From contig NC_068984.1 in assembly GCF_001194135.2 (NCBI RefSeq), positions 73,114,347 to 73,178,346 on the forward strand: a stretch of 64,000 nt of DNA, written 5' to 3'. Every line of letters starts with the position of its first letter. Position 1 is the stretch's first letter. Source of the DNA: Octopus bimaculoides (Eukaryota). Both the position numbers and the translations under genes were made by a program. The notes below the pieces were generated by a model that was not told where the DNA came from, searched no databases, and saw only the letters and a program-made list of their open reading frames with translations. Shown here in pieces: positions 26,149 to 39,889 of this stretch.

Positions 26149-26330
26149 AGGTGATGGCGGTGAGCGGTATTGCGTCTGTCTTCGTGTTCTGAGTTCAAAT
26201 TTCGTCATGGTCGACTTTACTTTTCATCCTTTCGGGCTCGATAAATTAAGTACCAGTTGCGTACTGGAGTTGATCTAATCGACTAGCCCCCTCCCCCAAA
26301 ATTTCGGACCTTGTGCCTAGATTAGAAAAG
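26149..26330 (+). mobile_element. tRNA-derived SINE with a 17-bp target-site duplication
   Basis: AATACTTCACTGTATTT occurs at both 26132-26148 and 26331-26347. It has the CTTTTCATCCTTTCGGGCTCGATAAATTAAGTACCAG central domain and the CCTTGTGCCTAGATTAGAAAAG tail. Confidence 0.93.
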
Positions 26331-28911
26331 AATACTTCACTGTATTTTTGTGGGTGTCTGTACAATAAGATTTCGAGTTCAAATTACGCCCAGGCCAAAC
26401 TTTCATAGTGGTTTATGTTTTTACGAGGCTGGACCAATAACGAAACTAAACCAATGACTGATATATCCTCTGCCATTCTAGCCAGTCATAATGTTTGTGG
26501 TTTGATAAGAGTTCGATCGTCGAATTTGCACTATATATGTGTGTGTGTTTACGGATCTTTAAGTTGAGTCCAGATTTGTCAAATATACTCTCCATATATA
26601 TTTGTAATCCTGTGTTAACATAAGAAATTGATATTTTCTGCTTAAGAGAATGAGTTACCATATTTGTAGAAGGTCTGACTAATATGGCTGTGGTATAAAA
26701 TTGCTTATTCTAATATTCTGAGTTCAAGTCTCGCAGAGGTCAACATTAACCTTTTTCTTTCGTGGCTGGAAGGCAGGACGTTACATGAGTGTCAAGTGAT
26801 GTGATTGATATCAAAATAGCTCTTTGCTTAACGTCCTAGTGATTCCGCTACCATCATTGTCATGTACCATACTCTGCTAGAACTTTTAGTGACTATACTC
26901 TTCCACTGCGATTGAGAGGATAAAGAGAAGGTAGGATCTTGCAAGAAATGTTTACTACGAGTGGTTCTTCATATTTTTTTCTTACAGCAAATTTCAGTTG
27001 ATTCTGATGGAAGGAAAAGGATCAACTAAGTATTTGAATAATGTTTCATTGTATCAGTGAAAGAAAAGTTGACCTCAACGAGATTTGAACCTGAAAAGGA
27101 ATTGCTTTTGGGAACTGACCGCTCTGATTTTGCTGTAAGCATCCGTATAAATCAGTAAGTATTCTCGTAGCACATCTAGTCAGTGTTCTAGCGCACAGCC
27201 TCTCACTAGACTACTGTCTGAAAATTGGTTTTGACATCAGTAGAGTTTTATCTAGTATTTTTCCCATTAGTTCCGATTATGATGGTAATTCCCTTACATT
27301 CATTCAGCAGGGCTCATGTTTCTCCTCCTGCAGGAATTCCATTCTCTGCTCTGTGCAGCAGCATCAATAATTTTGATGTCCTTTGTTTCGAAGATTTGCC
27401 TTTCTTTCTTGCACCACTGATCCCGGAGACTAGCGAGTTTTTTTTTTTTTATGTGAAGGCAAAATTCGTTTCAGAACACACAGAACTCGTCTAACATTCT
27501 TATAGTTCCGCCAATCCACCGCTCTACGTTGATACTTGAGACCCTGAAAGGATAAAAGGCAAAGCTGATGTCGGTGGGATATGATCTCAATGCGTAGTCC
27601 GAACAAATTCCATGACGCAGTCATCTCGTTGTCCTAACGTCTTTGTCAATTCTACGACTTATCGTTTTTAAAACTGAAATAGATGTAGTATCATTGAAGA
27701 TGTAACGAAAGATTAATAACTTTCGCAAAATCCTCAATGTTATAACTTTCAGTTATTTTTAACTTTAAAAACAATAGGAACTATTTAGTCAAATTAAATT
27801 AATACATTTGAATCGGAATGGGTAGTCCTTTAAGAGTAAATGTTAATCTAAGTCGATCAACCGTTTCAGCTCCCTCGATAATTCACTTAATTTGCATCTC
27901 TAAAAATAAGGAGTCATTATTATTATGTCAAAATTACCCACTTCTGTAAATATGAGTCCTAGTGTTTCAATACGAAATCTCTATTCCTCCTCTCTTTTCT
28001 TACTCTTTCTTTTCTAGCAGCAATATGATATTTCATCAACATTAAAAACGTATTATGAGCCTTCAAATGTGAGTTTAGAAGCGATTGATTGGTCTCCTTT
28101 GAATAGCACCAATTTTCTCCAAAACTGCTCTTCGCCATCTTACTAAAGGAAGTAACTATTAGATAACCTAGTGGTATATACGTTTCTACAACTAAGATGG
28201 GATGATGATGAATGAACGCTTCGTCAGAGCAGATAAAGAAGAAATCCAAGCATTGTGACGAGTACAATAAAGCCACTTGGAAACTCATAGCAAAATGTTG
28301 TCTGAATCGCCTATTGCAAGCAGTTATTTTTCTTTTTCGTTTATATGTTAATACGACTTAGAGAAACTTCAATATTATGATACTGCTTTACTTCATTTGA
28401 ATGCATAAATGTTTCTGGAAAGTTTTAATGCCCAAAAGTAAAAAAAAAAGCAATTCCTACAGTCAGATACGTTTGTATATCACGAATAGTTGTGACTTTG
28501 ATATTTCCTCTTGGACAGGTCAATTTTATTTGTAATTTTCGAGTTGATCGGCACCTTTTAGGTCTTTTTTTTTTTTTAGGGGTAACTGTGCTAAACAAAG
28601 TCGGAGATAAAGTTTCTAGTTCTGGGTAGGGGAATTAATTTGTCGTTCAGCTTCGAAACACTCCCTCCGCTCCGGGTAATTTTAAATGTGTAATCTCCGT
28701 TGCAAGAATTCGGGCCAGATTTACAGCCTGAGGATATCTTTATCCTTCCAGTAACCGGTCTCGGAAACTATCAAAACACACATGGATACAATTCTACCTT
28801 TTCAAATTAAGCCATGGAGAAAATGAAAATTATGCTGATTAATATNNNNNNNNNNNNNNNNNNNNNNNNNNNNNNNNNNNNNNNNNNNAATATTAATATT
28901 AATTTTTAAAG

Positions 28912-29045
28912 TATTCCGCCAAGGTCGACTTCATTTTCATTCTTTTGGGTTCGATAAAATAGGTACCAGCTAAGTACTGTGGTCGATGAAATTGACTTAC
29001 ACTTTCCCTCAAAATTCCTGGCCTTGTGCCAAAATCTAAAACCAA
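28912..29045 (+). mobile_element. Partial SINE (central domain and tail) after the gap
   Basis: TTCCGCCAAGGTCGACTTCATTTTCATTCTTTTGGGTTCGATAAAATAGGTACCAG...GGCCTTGTGCCAAAAT. Confidence 0.75.
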
Positions 29046-29125
29046 TGTTGGTCTCTGCACAAGAAAGCAGCACGAAAGGAGAAAACTCAAAAATTAACAT
29101 TTAACACATTTTCAAATTTTGTTTT

Positions 29126-29511
29126 ATCTTCGTGGCACTTCGTCGGTTGCGACGACGAGGGTCCCAGTTGATCCGATCAACGGAAAAGCTTGCTCGTGAA
29201 ATTAACGTGTAAGTGGCTGAGCACTCCACAGACACGTATTCCCTTAATGTAGTTCTCAGGGAGATTCAATGTGACACTGAGTGTGACAAGGCTGGCCCTT
29301 TGAAATACAGGTACAAAAGAAACAGGAAGAAAGAGTGAGAGAAAGTTGTGGTAAAAGAGTACAGCAGGGTTTGCCACCAAACCCCTGCCGGAGCCTCGGG
29401 GAGTTTTTGGTGATTTTGCTCAATAAACACTCACAACGCCCGGTCGGGGAATCGAAACCGCCATCCTACGACTGCGAGTCCGCTGTCCTAACCACTGAGC
29501 CATTCTACCTC
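29126..29511 (-). mobile_element. Full-length tRNA-derived SINE with a 13-bp target-site duplication
   Basis: The reverse complement begins GAGGTAGAATGGCTCAGTGGTTAGG (A box)...GGTTTCGATTCCC (B box). CAAATTTTGTTTT occurs at 29113-29125 and 29512-29524. Confidence 0.9.
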
Positions 29512-30559
29512 CAAATTTTGTTTTTAGTATTACGCGTCAAGCATAGCTGCACAGGCGAGAAATTCAGTTCGCAAATACGTATGCTTAGGTTTGAATCCAA
29601 TGCCTGTCACCATAGCCGTCTTTCATCATAGTGTTTTAAGAATCGCCTGAAGAGCAATGGATACTTGATAAAAATAGATCGATCAAGTAAGCACCGAAGT
29701 GGAAAGACTTGGTTTAACGCATTGAAGACGGTATCCCAGCATAACTGTTATTCAACTTGTAGGCCAGTTAGGATTTCATATGTTCTACACTACTTGCAGT
29801 TTAACAAAAAACTTGCGTATTGACTTTAACATATGCGCAACTGCAAGCTTGTGTTTTGCGGAGTTAATTTCTTATTAAGCACTAAGCAAACTGTAAGAAG
29901 CATCCAAGTAAATATGGCCATGGTATATAACCAATCTCCTGTAATCATTTCAAGTGTTATGCCCCGGATTATTTTGTTTTTTCTTTTCTTTATTTTTACT
30001 TACTACAGCCATTAGACTGGTCTAGAACTAAACTAAACAGCTATGGACAACACTATAGTCACCAGAACAGTTTACATCTAGAAAGTCAAGAGAATGAGAA
30101 CAAAATCCGTCACACGAATTAAGATAAATCTTCGAACTTTCACGGAATACATGCTATCGCAGGTTTTCGCACCAGGTCTGTCCGGTTTTAGTACAAAACC
30201 TTTCTTGTTTCTATGCCTATTCCGTAAATAAAGTAATGTGATTGGAAGGGGAAAAAAATAGGTCCTTTTCGAGTTCAGTCTTATCTCAACGATTTAATTT
30301 CTGATAATGAATGCATTTATGATCTCTAGTGAAACAGTGGAGATGCGTGTATGCAGACATTTATGTTGTAATATCCATCTGTTTAAATGTTTCCTTCCAA
30401 ATTGTGTGTAATGATGAAATACTATAATAGACACATATATTTATACGCATACACACACACACACACACACATATATATGTATGTGTGTGTGTGTGTGTGT
30501 GTGTTTGTGTGTGTGTGTATGTAACATGATATATATTATATTATATATATGATATATAT

Positions 30560-30943
30560 ATTCTACACACACCCACATCAATATATATATAAACTCGTAC
30601 ACACTTGAGTGAATGCGTGTGTCAGCGAGTTTTATTCAATGATCCTATATGCATGCTGGGACAGAAAGTACACTAATATATATATATATATATACATATA
30701 TATATGTGTGTATATATATATATATATTACATATAATATTATATCATATATATAATATAATATATATCATGTTACATACACACACATACACACACACACA
30801 TATATATATATGTATATACATATATATTAGTGTACTTTCTGTCCCAGCATGCATATAGGATCATTGAATAAAACTCGCTGACACACGCATTCACTCAAGT
30901 GTGTACGAGTTTATATATATATTGATGTGGGTGTGTGTAGAAT
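30560..30943. repeat. Perfect inverted repeat with 124-bp arms (30560-30683 and 30820-30943) around a microsatellite spacer
   Basis: Base-by-base reverse-complement match of the arms, with no mismatch found. Confidence 0.92.
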
Positions 30944-31507
30944 TTTGTGCATGTGTGAGTGCAGGTCTAAGGACAATGGAAGTGAACATTTTATCTGCAC
31001 GTTGCAGTCAAACTGGAGCCAGTGTTACTGGTGGATCTATTCTCTGCCAGTTCAGACGGGTGACGACGATAGCGGATTATTGGCGTTCGTGTAACCTCTT
31101 AAGGCATAAAAAATCATGCACGCATACGTACACACATGATTATTTCTGCATATATTTTAATATATATGTTAATATATTTACGATTATACATGTGGGTGTA
31201 TGTATGTATGTATGTATGTATGTATGTATGTATGTATGTATGTACGTTGATATAAGTAAAGAGTAGATAGCGAGAGGGCGAATGAGAAAGGAAAGGAAAA
31301 TATTTCATGTGTGTGTGAGTGTGTGTTTACGTATATATGTATATCTAGTCGCTAATGTGTATTATAGTATATATTACGTAAGCTAATAAATAGACGCAGC
31401 AATATTTACTCATATATATCACACGCAACACACTTCAGTATGCGTGTTCGAGTAACTGTATACATACATATGTGCGTGCGCACGTGCGTATGTATGTATG
31501 TGTTTGC

Positions 31508-32165
31508 GTTTTTTTTTTTTCACAAAAGAGGGTAAAAGAGAAAAGGTGAGAGTGAATATGTGAAAGTAAAAAAAGACATAAAGTTATAGTGATTNNNNNN
31601 NNNNNNNNNNNNNNNNNNNNNNNNNNNNNNNNNNNNNNNNNNNNNNNNNNNNNNNNNNNNNNNNNNNNNNNNNNNNNNNNNNNNNNNNNNNNNNNNNNNN
31701 NNNNNNNNNNNNNNNNNNNNNNNNNNNNNNNNNNNNNNNNNNNNNNNNNNNNNNNNNNNNNNNNNNNNNNNNNNNNNNNNNNNNNNNNNNNNNNNNNNNN
31801 NNNNNNNNNNNNNNNNNNNNNNNNNNNNNNNNNNNNNNNNNNNNNNNNNNNNNNNNNNNNNNNNNNNNNNNNNNNNNNNNNNNNNNNNNNNNNNNNNNNN
31901 NNNNNNNNNNNNNNNNNNNNNNNNNNNNNNNNNNNNNNNNNNNNNNNNNNNNNNNNNNNNNNNNNNNNNNNNNNNNNNNNNNNNNNNNNNNNNNNNNNNN
32001 NNNNNNNNNNNNNNNNNNNNNNNNNNNNNNNNNNNNNNNNNNNNNNNNNNNNNNNNNNNNNNNNNNNNNNNNNNNNNNNNNNNNNNNNNNNNNNNNNNNN
32101 NNNNNNNNNNNNNNNNNNNNNNNNNNNNNNNNNNNNNNNNNNNNNNNNNNNNNNNNNNNNNNNNN

Positions 32166-32222
<57 letters not shown>

Positions 32223-32718
32223 TTATGGTATATATGTGAGTGTAGATATATGCATATATGTTTGCTATAGCTATATAAATGCGTGAATGTGTGTGTACCT
32301 CTGTGTGTGTGTGTGTGTGTATGTGTGTGTGTGTGTGTTGCGGATGTAAGCAACGATCGCTGACAATGTGATTTAAATTATCCTATGAAATCGAATTTTG
32401 TCAATATTAAGTTAAAGTTGAAAGCTACAGAATTGTTTAGTATTGATCAGCCATTTTTTTCCTTTCCAACTCTAGAGGTCACTGTTAGCAAATCCATAGC
32501 TGGCATTCCGCCATTTTATTTAGTATTATTTCATAAATTTTGTTTTGTTTTGTTATATCGTATTCAGTTTTCTTGCATTATTTTTTCTTGATTCTATTTT
32601 TTATTGTTTTATCTATTTGCTAACCTTCGTTAATTGCCAACATAGTGATGTTATTTATTATCCGACCTTTTCAACCGAGGCCGCAGTACAACACCAGCAA
32701 CACCAATATTAACAGTAT

Positions 32719-32760
<42 letters not shown>

Positions 32761-34070
32761 NNNNNNNNNNGTTTTTTTTTTTTCACAAAAGAGGGTAAAA
32801 GAGAAAAGGTGAGAGTGAATATGTGAAAGTAAAAAAAGACATAAAGTTATAGTGATTTAGAGAAACACGGAGACAAAGGGACAGTGTATAGGCATGTGTG
32901 TATGTCTGTCTCTCTTACTGTATACGCATTTCTTTATACGTATGTGTTTATAGATCAGTTATCACGCAGTCTATGTTTATATGTATATGTGTGAGTATGT
33001 TTGTGTGTGTATATATATATATATNNNNNNNNNNNNNNNNNNNNNNNNNNNNNNNNNNNNNNNNNNNNNNNNNNNNNNNNNNNNNNNNNNNNNNNNNNNN
33101 NNNNNNNNNNNNNNNNNNNNNNNNNNNNNNNNNNNNNNNNNNNNNNNNNNNNNNNNNNNNNNNNNNNNNNNNNNNNNNNNNNNNNNNNNNNNNNNNNNNN
33201 NNNNNNNNNNNNNNNNNNNNNNNNNNNNNNNNNNNNNNNNNNNNNNNNNNNNNNNNNNNNNNNNNNNNNNNNNNNNNNNNNNNNNNNNNNNNNNNNNNNN
33301 NNNNNNNNNNNNNNNNNNNNNNNNNNNNNNNNNNNNNNNNNNNNNNNNNNNNNNNNNNNNNNNNNNNNNNNNNNNNNNNNNNNNNNNNNNNNNNNNNNNN
33401 NNNNNNNNNNNNNNNNNNNNNNNNNNNNNNNNNNNNNNNNNNNNNNNNNNNNNNNNNNNNNNNNNNNNNNNNNNNNNNNNNNNNNNNNNNNNNNNNNNNN
33501 NNNNNNNNNNNNNNNNNNNNNNNNNNNNNNNNNNNNNNNNNNNNNNNNNNNNNNNNNNNNNNNNNNNNNNNNNNNNNNNNNNNNNNNNNNNNNNNNNNNN
33601 NNNNNNNNNNNNNNNNNNNNNNNNNNNNNNNNNNNNNNNNNNNNNNNNNNNNNNNNNNNNNNNNNNNNNNNNNNNNNNNNNNNNNNNNNNNNNNNNNNNN
33701 NNNNNNNNNNNNNNNNNNNNNNNNNNNNNNNNNNNNNNNNNNNNNNNNNNNNNNNNNNNNNNNNNNNNNNNNNNNNNNNNNNNNNNNNNNNNNNNNNNNN
33801 NNNNNNNNNNNNNNNNNNNNNNNNNNNNNNNNNNNNNNNNNNNNNNNNNNNNNNNNNNNNNNNNNNNNNNNNNNNNNNNNNNNNNNNNNNNNNNNNNNNN
33901 NNNNNNNNNNNNNNNNNNNNNNNNNNNNNNNNNNNNNNNNNNNNNNNNNNNNNNNNNNNNNNNNNNNNNNNNNNNNNNNNNNNNNNTGCCAACATAGTGA
34001 TGTTATTTATTATCCGACCTTTTCAACCGAGGCCGCAGTACAACACCAGCAACACCAATATTAACAGTAT

Positions 34071-34112
<42 letters not shown>
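31508..34112. other. Gap-flanking exact duplications (31508-31594 = 32771-32857; 32635-32760 = 33987-34112), likely a scaffolding artefact
   Basis: The identical sequences sit exactly at contig ends next to N-runs. Confidence 0.85.
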
Positions 34113-34121
<9 letters not shown>

Positions 34122-34763
34122 GAAACAGATATACCTCAAATCATATTCTATTCTTTGTAAAAGTGTAATGAGACTGTGCGGAATATAATCCAAGATATTC
34201 AGAAATACTTGATGGTCACCGTAAGACCGCCTTGGACTATAGATCTGCAAGACGAAGGCTGATTTTGAGCTAAATATCAGAATCATAGCTACCGATACTA
34301 ATGCGGCTTTTGCTGCTCCTTCAACTTTTCTTGCTTTTTTGTTTTATCATCCAATCAACAGCTTACATTGTCCTTTGTCCTTCATCGCTGCAGCTTTAAT
34401 ATGCTGCTTCTTCCTTATTTCTTTTCCCCAATATTTTTAGAAGTTCCGAATATGCTTTCTCTTCAGGGCAACAAATAGTACAAGAATAACTAACCAAGTA
34501 TACATGACTTTCACCATGCCACAACTGGTCAGATTCGCAGAAGATTTTCAGTCATTGGAGGTAGTGGTAGTGAATTCACAAGAGCATAGGTCTCCTGTGG
34601 CAATTGTTCTCTGCAGCCTGAAATCAAATCCCAACGATGTCAATTTTGTCGGCTCAAATTTTCATGGTCGATAGATAATGTATCAATCAATTACTGGTCA
34701 TGACTCTTACATTGTCACTTTCTCACACACTCTCTCTCTCTTTCTCGTTCTCTCTGTCTTTCC

Positions 34764-34798
<35 letters not shown>

Positions 34799-36600
34799 TA
34801 ACCACTCTCTCATTATTGGCTATAACGAACGAGATCATGCCTTGTAAAAAAGAGTCATATGAAAATAATGGTGGGGAAAATCGTTATATATGTAGATCAT
34901 CACCACGCGCTGAAGATAGTGAAACAAAAGACATTCACTGTCTCCCGCTGCTGGCTAAATTGACGTGATTTATAAGTTGCTCGAACCTGATTAGGTTATT
35001 GCCTCCAAGAAAATAAAAGTTTTTTTCTACGGCGTTGGACCTGACTATCTCCTCTAAGTGCTTGCATGATAATGAATTCTGCTAAAGCGTAAGTATACAA
35101 CGGATAAGATGGTGGTGTTAAATCAGGTACTGAACCAAGCTTTATTGAATGACATTGTGGACTCAGACTTTGGGACTAATACATGTGAGTGTGATGATTA
35201 GCATACTTTGGAAATATAATTCATTAACTAAATATTTATTTTCAGTTGGTTGAATATGAACGGATTGCAAAAAAGTTTGTTAAAAGGTACAACATCCCTG
35301 AAATGACTCCACGTTGTGGTATCTTGGGCAAGCGTGATTTTTTATTGTCTCGCATCGACCCATAACGTGTGAGTAAAATTGGCTAAGCAGAAACAGCTTA
35401 AAACCCGTTGCATTGACTGCGCATGTAAGTCAAAGAGAATTGCCATGACACATACTATTTCATGCTGATTTTGCATATGAATTACAATAAGGGTCACATG
35501 CCTTTTTCTTTTGAATGCTCAGATATTTACATTTTAATTTTCAGGTGTTGGTTATTCAGTTGAAGCATCGTCGTCAAACGACGGAGATTCACCAACATCA
35601 CTTTTATTCGAAGGTGTAAATATGACGACTGAAACGTTAATAGTCTAAATATTTAAAAAGTAGTCCATGTAAGATATTTCAAATATTTAAAAACGAGCGA
35701 TGTTGCAAACAAGATTAAACATCGGTGAATCAGATATCCAAATGAAATGATTATGCAATGAATACTTGTTTAAAAAGCCACCACCTAGCTTAGTTTCTAT
35801 CCTAACCATGATTCTGCAGTGCATCGAAGGTACGACAGCTAGAAGTGACAACTGCATTACTACTGAAAATCTCTAATCACAACTGACTGAATAGAGCCAC
35901 ACGAAATTAACTACCTTGCTTAAGAGGACAACACACACCCTGATGCAGGTATCAACATGACGACGTCATCATCGTAATAGTATACTAAACACTTTATTAA
36001 ACAAAATTTGTGCCTTTCCTCCCCACCTAAGCACGCGCACATACACGCACATACATACACATTATAATTGAGTATATAATTCATCGAAAGTTGTTAAATC
36101 GACAAGTCAGCTCTATACGGTTGAAGCACCTTCAGAAAAGTTTTCGTAACGAGTTATTGATATTCACTCTTTAATTGCCATCAGAAGTGTATTAGTCCTC
36201 TGATCAGCACGTAGAGAAGTTGTAAGCAATAAAATTATGGTTCCCCAATTGCTATATAAACTATATAAATTCTTCAAAAAATATGAGTGCATTTTGAATA
36301 TTTATATAATCATGTATTAGATACTGGTTGAATGTGCAGTGTTTCTGCAGGATTCCTAAGCTTGCTTGCCAACGTGTGGTCTAGTGTTCGATGACATTGT
36401 GTAGCATCTTAGGAAACTATCGCTTCTGTAGCTTCTGCTACAACCGTACTTTGTCGGGGTAACTGAGTAAGAGAAAATTATACAGTAGCCCACCAGGTGG
36501 ATTTTGGCCGTAACCGAACAGGGACAGCCTTGTCACAAAGTGTATGACTCTCATTCAATCAAAATATTATGTTACGGATTCAACTCTTTTATTCTATTAT

Positions 36601-36922
36601 TTTTACTTGTTACAGTCATTAGAGTATGGGCATGTTGGGGCACCGCCTTGAAGAAGTGACCATGTACTTATTTTTTAAGGCCTGCTACTTATTCTATCTG
36701 TCTCTTTTGCTGAACAGCTATGTTAAGGGAACGTAAACACACCAACAGCGGTTGTCAAGCGGTAATGTGAGGCAGGCAGACAAAGAAATACACATACGCG
36801 TATATATATATATATNNNNNNNNNNNNNNNNNNNNNNNNNNNNNNNNNNNNNNNNNNNNNNNNNNNNNNNNNNNNNNNNNNNNNNNNNNNNNNNNNNNNN
36901 NNNNNNNNNNNNNNNNNNNTGT

Positions 36923-36989
<67 letters not shown>

Positions 36990-37178
36990 TATACAATATA
37001 TATATATATATATATATGCGACGGGCTTATTTCGGTTTCCGTCAAACAAATCTTTTCACAAGGCTTTGGTGGGCCCGAGGCTACAGTAGAAAACACTCTC
37101 CAAATGTGTCACGCAGTGGAACCAAATTCAAAACAATATAATTAGAAAGCAAGCTTCTTACCACACAGCCACGACTGC
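36601..37178 (-). mobile_element. CORE-like SINE, full-length but degraded, with the gap inside its microsatellite
   Basis: Collinear with 11789-12190, from TTTTACTTGTTACAGTCATT to CTTACCACACAGCCAC. Confidence 0.85.
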
Positions 37179-38755
37179 CCAAATAGTCAGTCCTTTTCAC
37201 ATGAATTCAAGAGGTAGAATTTCTGTTGCTCGAACAACTGAATCTCATCTTCAAACGATTAGATCCACTACCTGCACTACCAGCATATAACGAGATTGTT
37301 ACGATAAAACTGTAACCTAAGCAGGAAAAAGAAACAAATAACGAAAAAAATTGTATTATTAGCAGTATTAATATTATCATTGTAGTATTAGTTTATATTG
37401 TAACAAGTGCCTCAAAGATACAATATGTCTGAACAACAGTGAAAGTAAAGAGGTTGCAATAACAGTATTGCTGTTTCCCAGAATACTTTATAAATGCTTG
37501 AACTTTAACTTTACATGCATTGCCTAATATGACTTTATGTGTCTAACTTATTAACATGCGAGACACATTCACTCAAGAATAAATGCCTTATAATATCGTC
37601 CAGCCAGGATTAAATATAACGTATTATATGATATGATATGATATGATATTTATATATACACGCGCGCGAATGTTAAATTTCTTTTTCTCCTGCCTCTCTT
37701 ACATTATCAGAACAGATGAATGTCGTAATTATATTTACTATAGAGTGAAGCATTTATAAGTAAATTAAAAACATTTATATATATTATGATTAGATAAATT
37801 TCGTGCAGCTTCTCCGACGGCAACGGCAATGTACGCTTATTGTAACTTAAATAATACTTTTACCGTATATATTTGCGCGAGTGTGTAGGTGTGTGTGTGT
37901 GTGTTTAGTGTACTGTTTCGTGATGATACGATCAACAAAAAAGCACTTCGTCTAGTGAGAGATAAATATTTAATAAACACAATATGTTTTTATGTGCTAC
38001 TATTAGTTTCATGTTCTTAGAACATGCCAGAGAGTAGTTTTTAACATATCTGGTGTCCTAGCACAATCATCAGGCACTCCTCACATAGTGTAACAAGCTA
38101 AGTTTGTTATGCTGTGTGGGAAGTGCCTGATGATTGGCAGGGGATATCTTCTAGCAGACATAGTGTGTTTGTCCATAGGGGATATCTTTTAGCAGACTTA
38201 GTGTATTTGTCCACTGCTAGAATCTTTTTCCATGGCAAAATACTGTGAATTACTTTCTGACAGGATCGAATATGTCTCAAGCATATTTGAACTAATAACA
38301 CCTTAATGTATGAAATGATATATAATGTACACATTATGATGTATTTCTATGAATGAGAGAGAAACAGTTTGTGTACTGTACGTATGAGAGGAGGTGAGTG
38401 TATGTGCGTGAGATACCATGTGTGTGTGCGCGCACGCCATGTGTATATAGATGTGCATGCATGTTGTATATGTGCGTGCGTGTGTGTCTGCGTGTGTGTC
38501 TGCGTGTGTGTCTGCGTGTGTGTGTGTGTGTGTGTGTGTGCGTGTGTGTGNNNNNNNNNNNNNNNNNNNNNNNNNNNNNNNNNNNNNNNNNNNNNNNNNN
38601 NNNNNNNNNNNNNNNNNNNNNNNNNNNNNNNNNNNNNGTGTGTGTGTGTGTGTGTGCGTGCGCGCGAGTGTGCATGATAGAGACTGTTTTTTTAAAATAC
38701 TGTCGATACAAAAATGAAAATGTTAACTGTTTCTTTTTCAATGTTTCTAGTTTCA

Positions 38756-39186
38756 AAGGCGACGAGCTGGCAGAAACATTAGCACGCCGGGCGAAATGCT
38801 TAGCGGTATTTCGTCTGCCGTTACGTTCTGATTTCAAATTCCGCCAAGGTCGTCTTTGCCTTTCATCCTTTCGGGGTTGATAAATTAAGTACCAGTTACG
38901 CACTGGGGTCGATGTAATCGACTTAATCCCTTTGTCTGTCCTTGTTTGTCTCCTCTATGTTTAGCCCCTTGTGGGCAACAAAGAAATAAGAAACGTTAGC
39001 ACACCGGATGAAATGCCTAGCGGTATTTTGTCTGTCTTTACGTTCTAAGTTCAAAATTCACCGAGGTTGACTTTACTTTTCATCCTTTCGGAGTCAATAA
39101 TTAAGTATCAGTTGCTTACTGAGTCGATCTAATCGACTGGCCCCCGCACCAAAAATTTCGGGGCTTGTGCCTAGAGTAGAAAAGAG
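38756..39186 (+). mobile_element. Two tandem SINE copies (38756-38990 and 38991-39186) with the same head and core but different tails
   Basis: Both contain TTAGCAC.CCGG..GAAATG...TTTCATCCTTTCGG.GT. The first ends TTAATCCCTTTGTCTGTCC...AAAGAAATAAG and the second ends CTTGTGCCTAGAGTAGAAAAG. Confidence 0.9.
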
Positions 39187-39462
39187 TATGAGGAATTAAC
39201 TCCTCATCTCTTATATATAGGACTGTATTAGAAAAGAATACTTCTAGACCAGATAAATAAGTCAAACAAAATGAATTAGAACGGGTAAAACATGAACTAT
39301 ATCTATTAACAAAGTATTTACGATACAGGGCACGTACTATTACCTATGAAACCAACATAAAAAGCTGTTAGCGAATTTGCCATGACATGCATGTTAACAA
39401 TTTAAACAAACTCTGTGTGTGAAAGTAAGAGTAAGAGAGAAAGAGGGAGAAATCTACATGTG

Positions 39463-39501
<39 letters not shown>

Positions 39502-39889
39502 GTGTGTGTGTGTGTGTGTGTGTATGTGTGTGTGAGAGAAAGAGAGATGATGAGAAAGGGAGAAAGACTATGTGTNNNNNNNNNNNNNNNNNNNNNNNNN
39601 NNNNNNNNNNNNNNNNNNNNNNNNNNNNNNNNNNNNNNNNNNNNNNNNNNNNNNNNNNNNNNNNNNNNNNNNNNNNNNNNNNNNNNNNNNNNNNNNNNNN
39701 NNNNNNNNNNNNNNNNNNNNNNNNNNNNNNNNNNNNNNNNNNNNNNNNNNNNNNNNNNNNNNNNNNNNNNNNNNNNNNNNNNNNNNNNNNNNNNNNNNNN
39801 NNNNNNNNNNNNNNNNNNNNNNNNNNNNNNNNNNNNNNNNNNNNNNNNNNNNNNNNNNNNNNNNNNNNNGTATGTATGTATATAAGCCG

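Noticed and set aside
29430-29511. tRNA-like A and B boxes here and at other SINE heads
   Set aside because: They continue into SINE bodies with TSDs, and no complete cloverleaf is present, so they are not tRNA genes.
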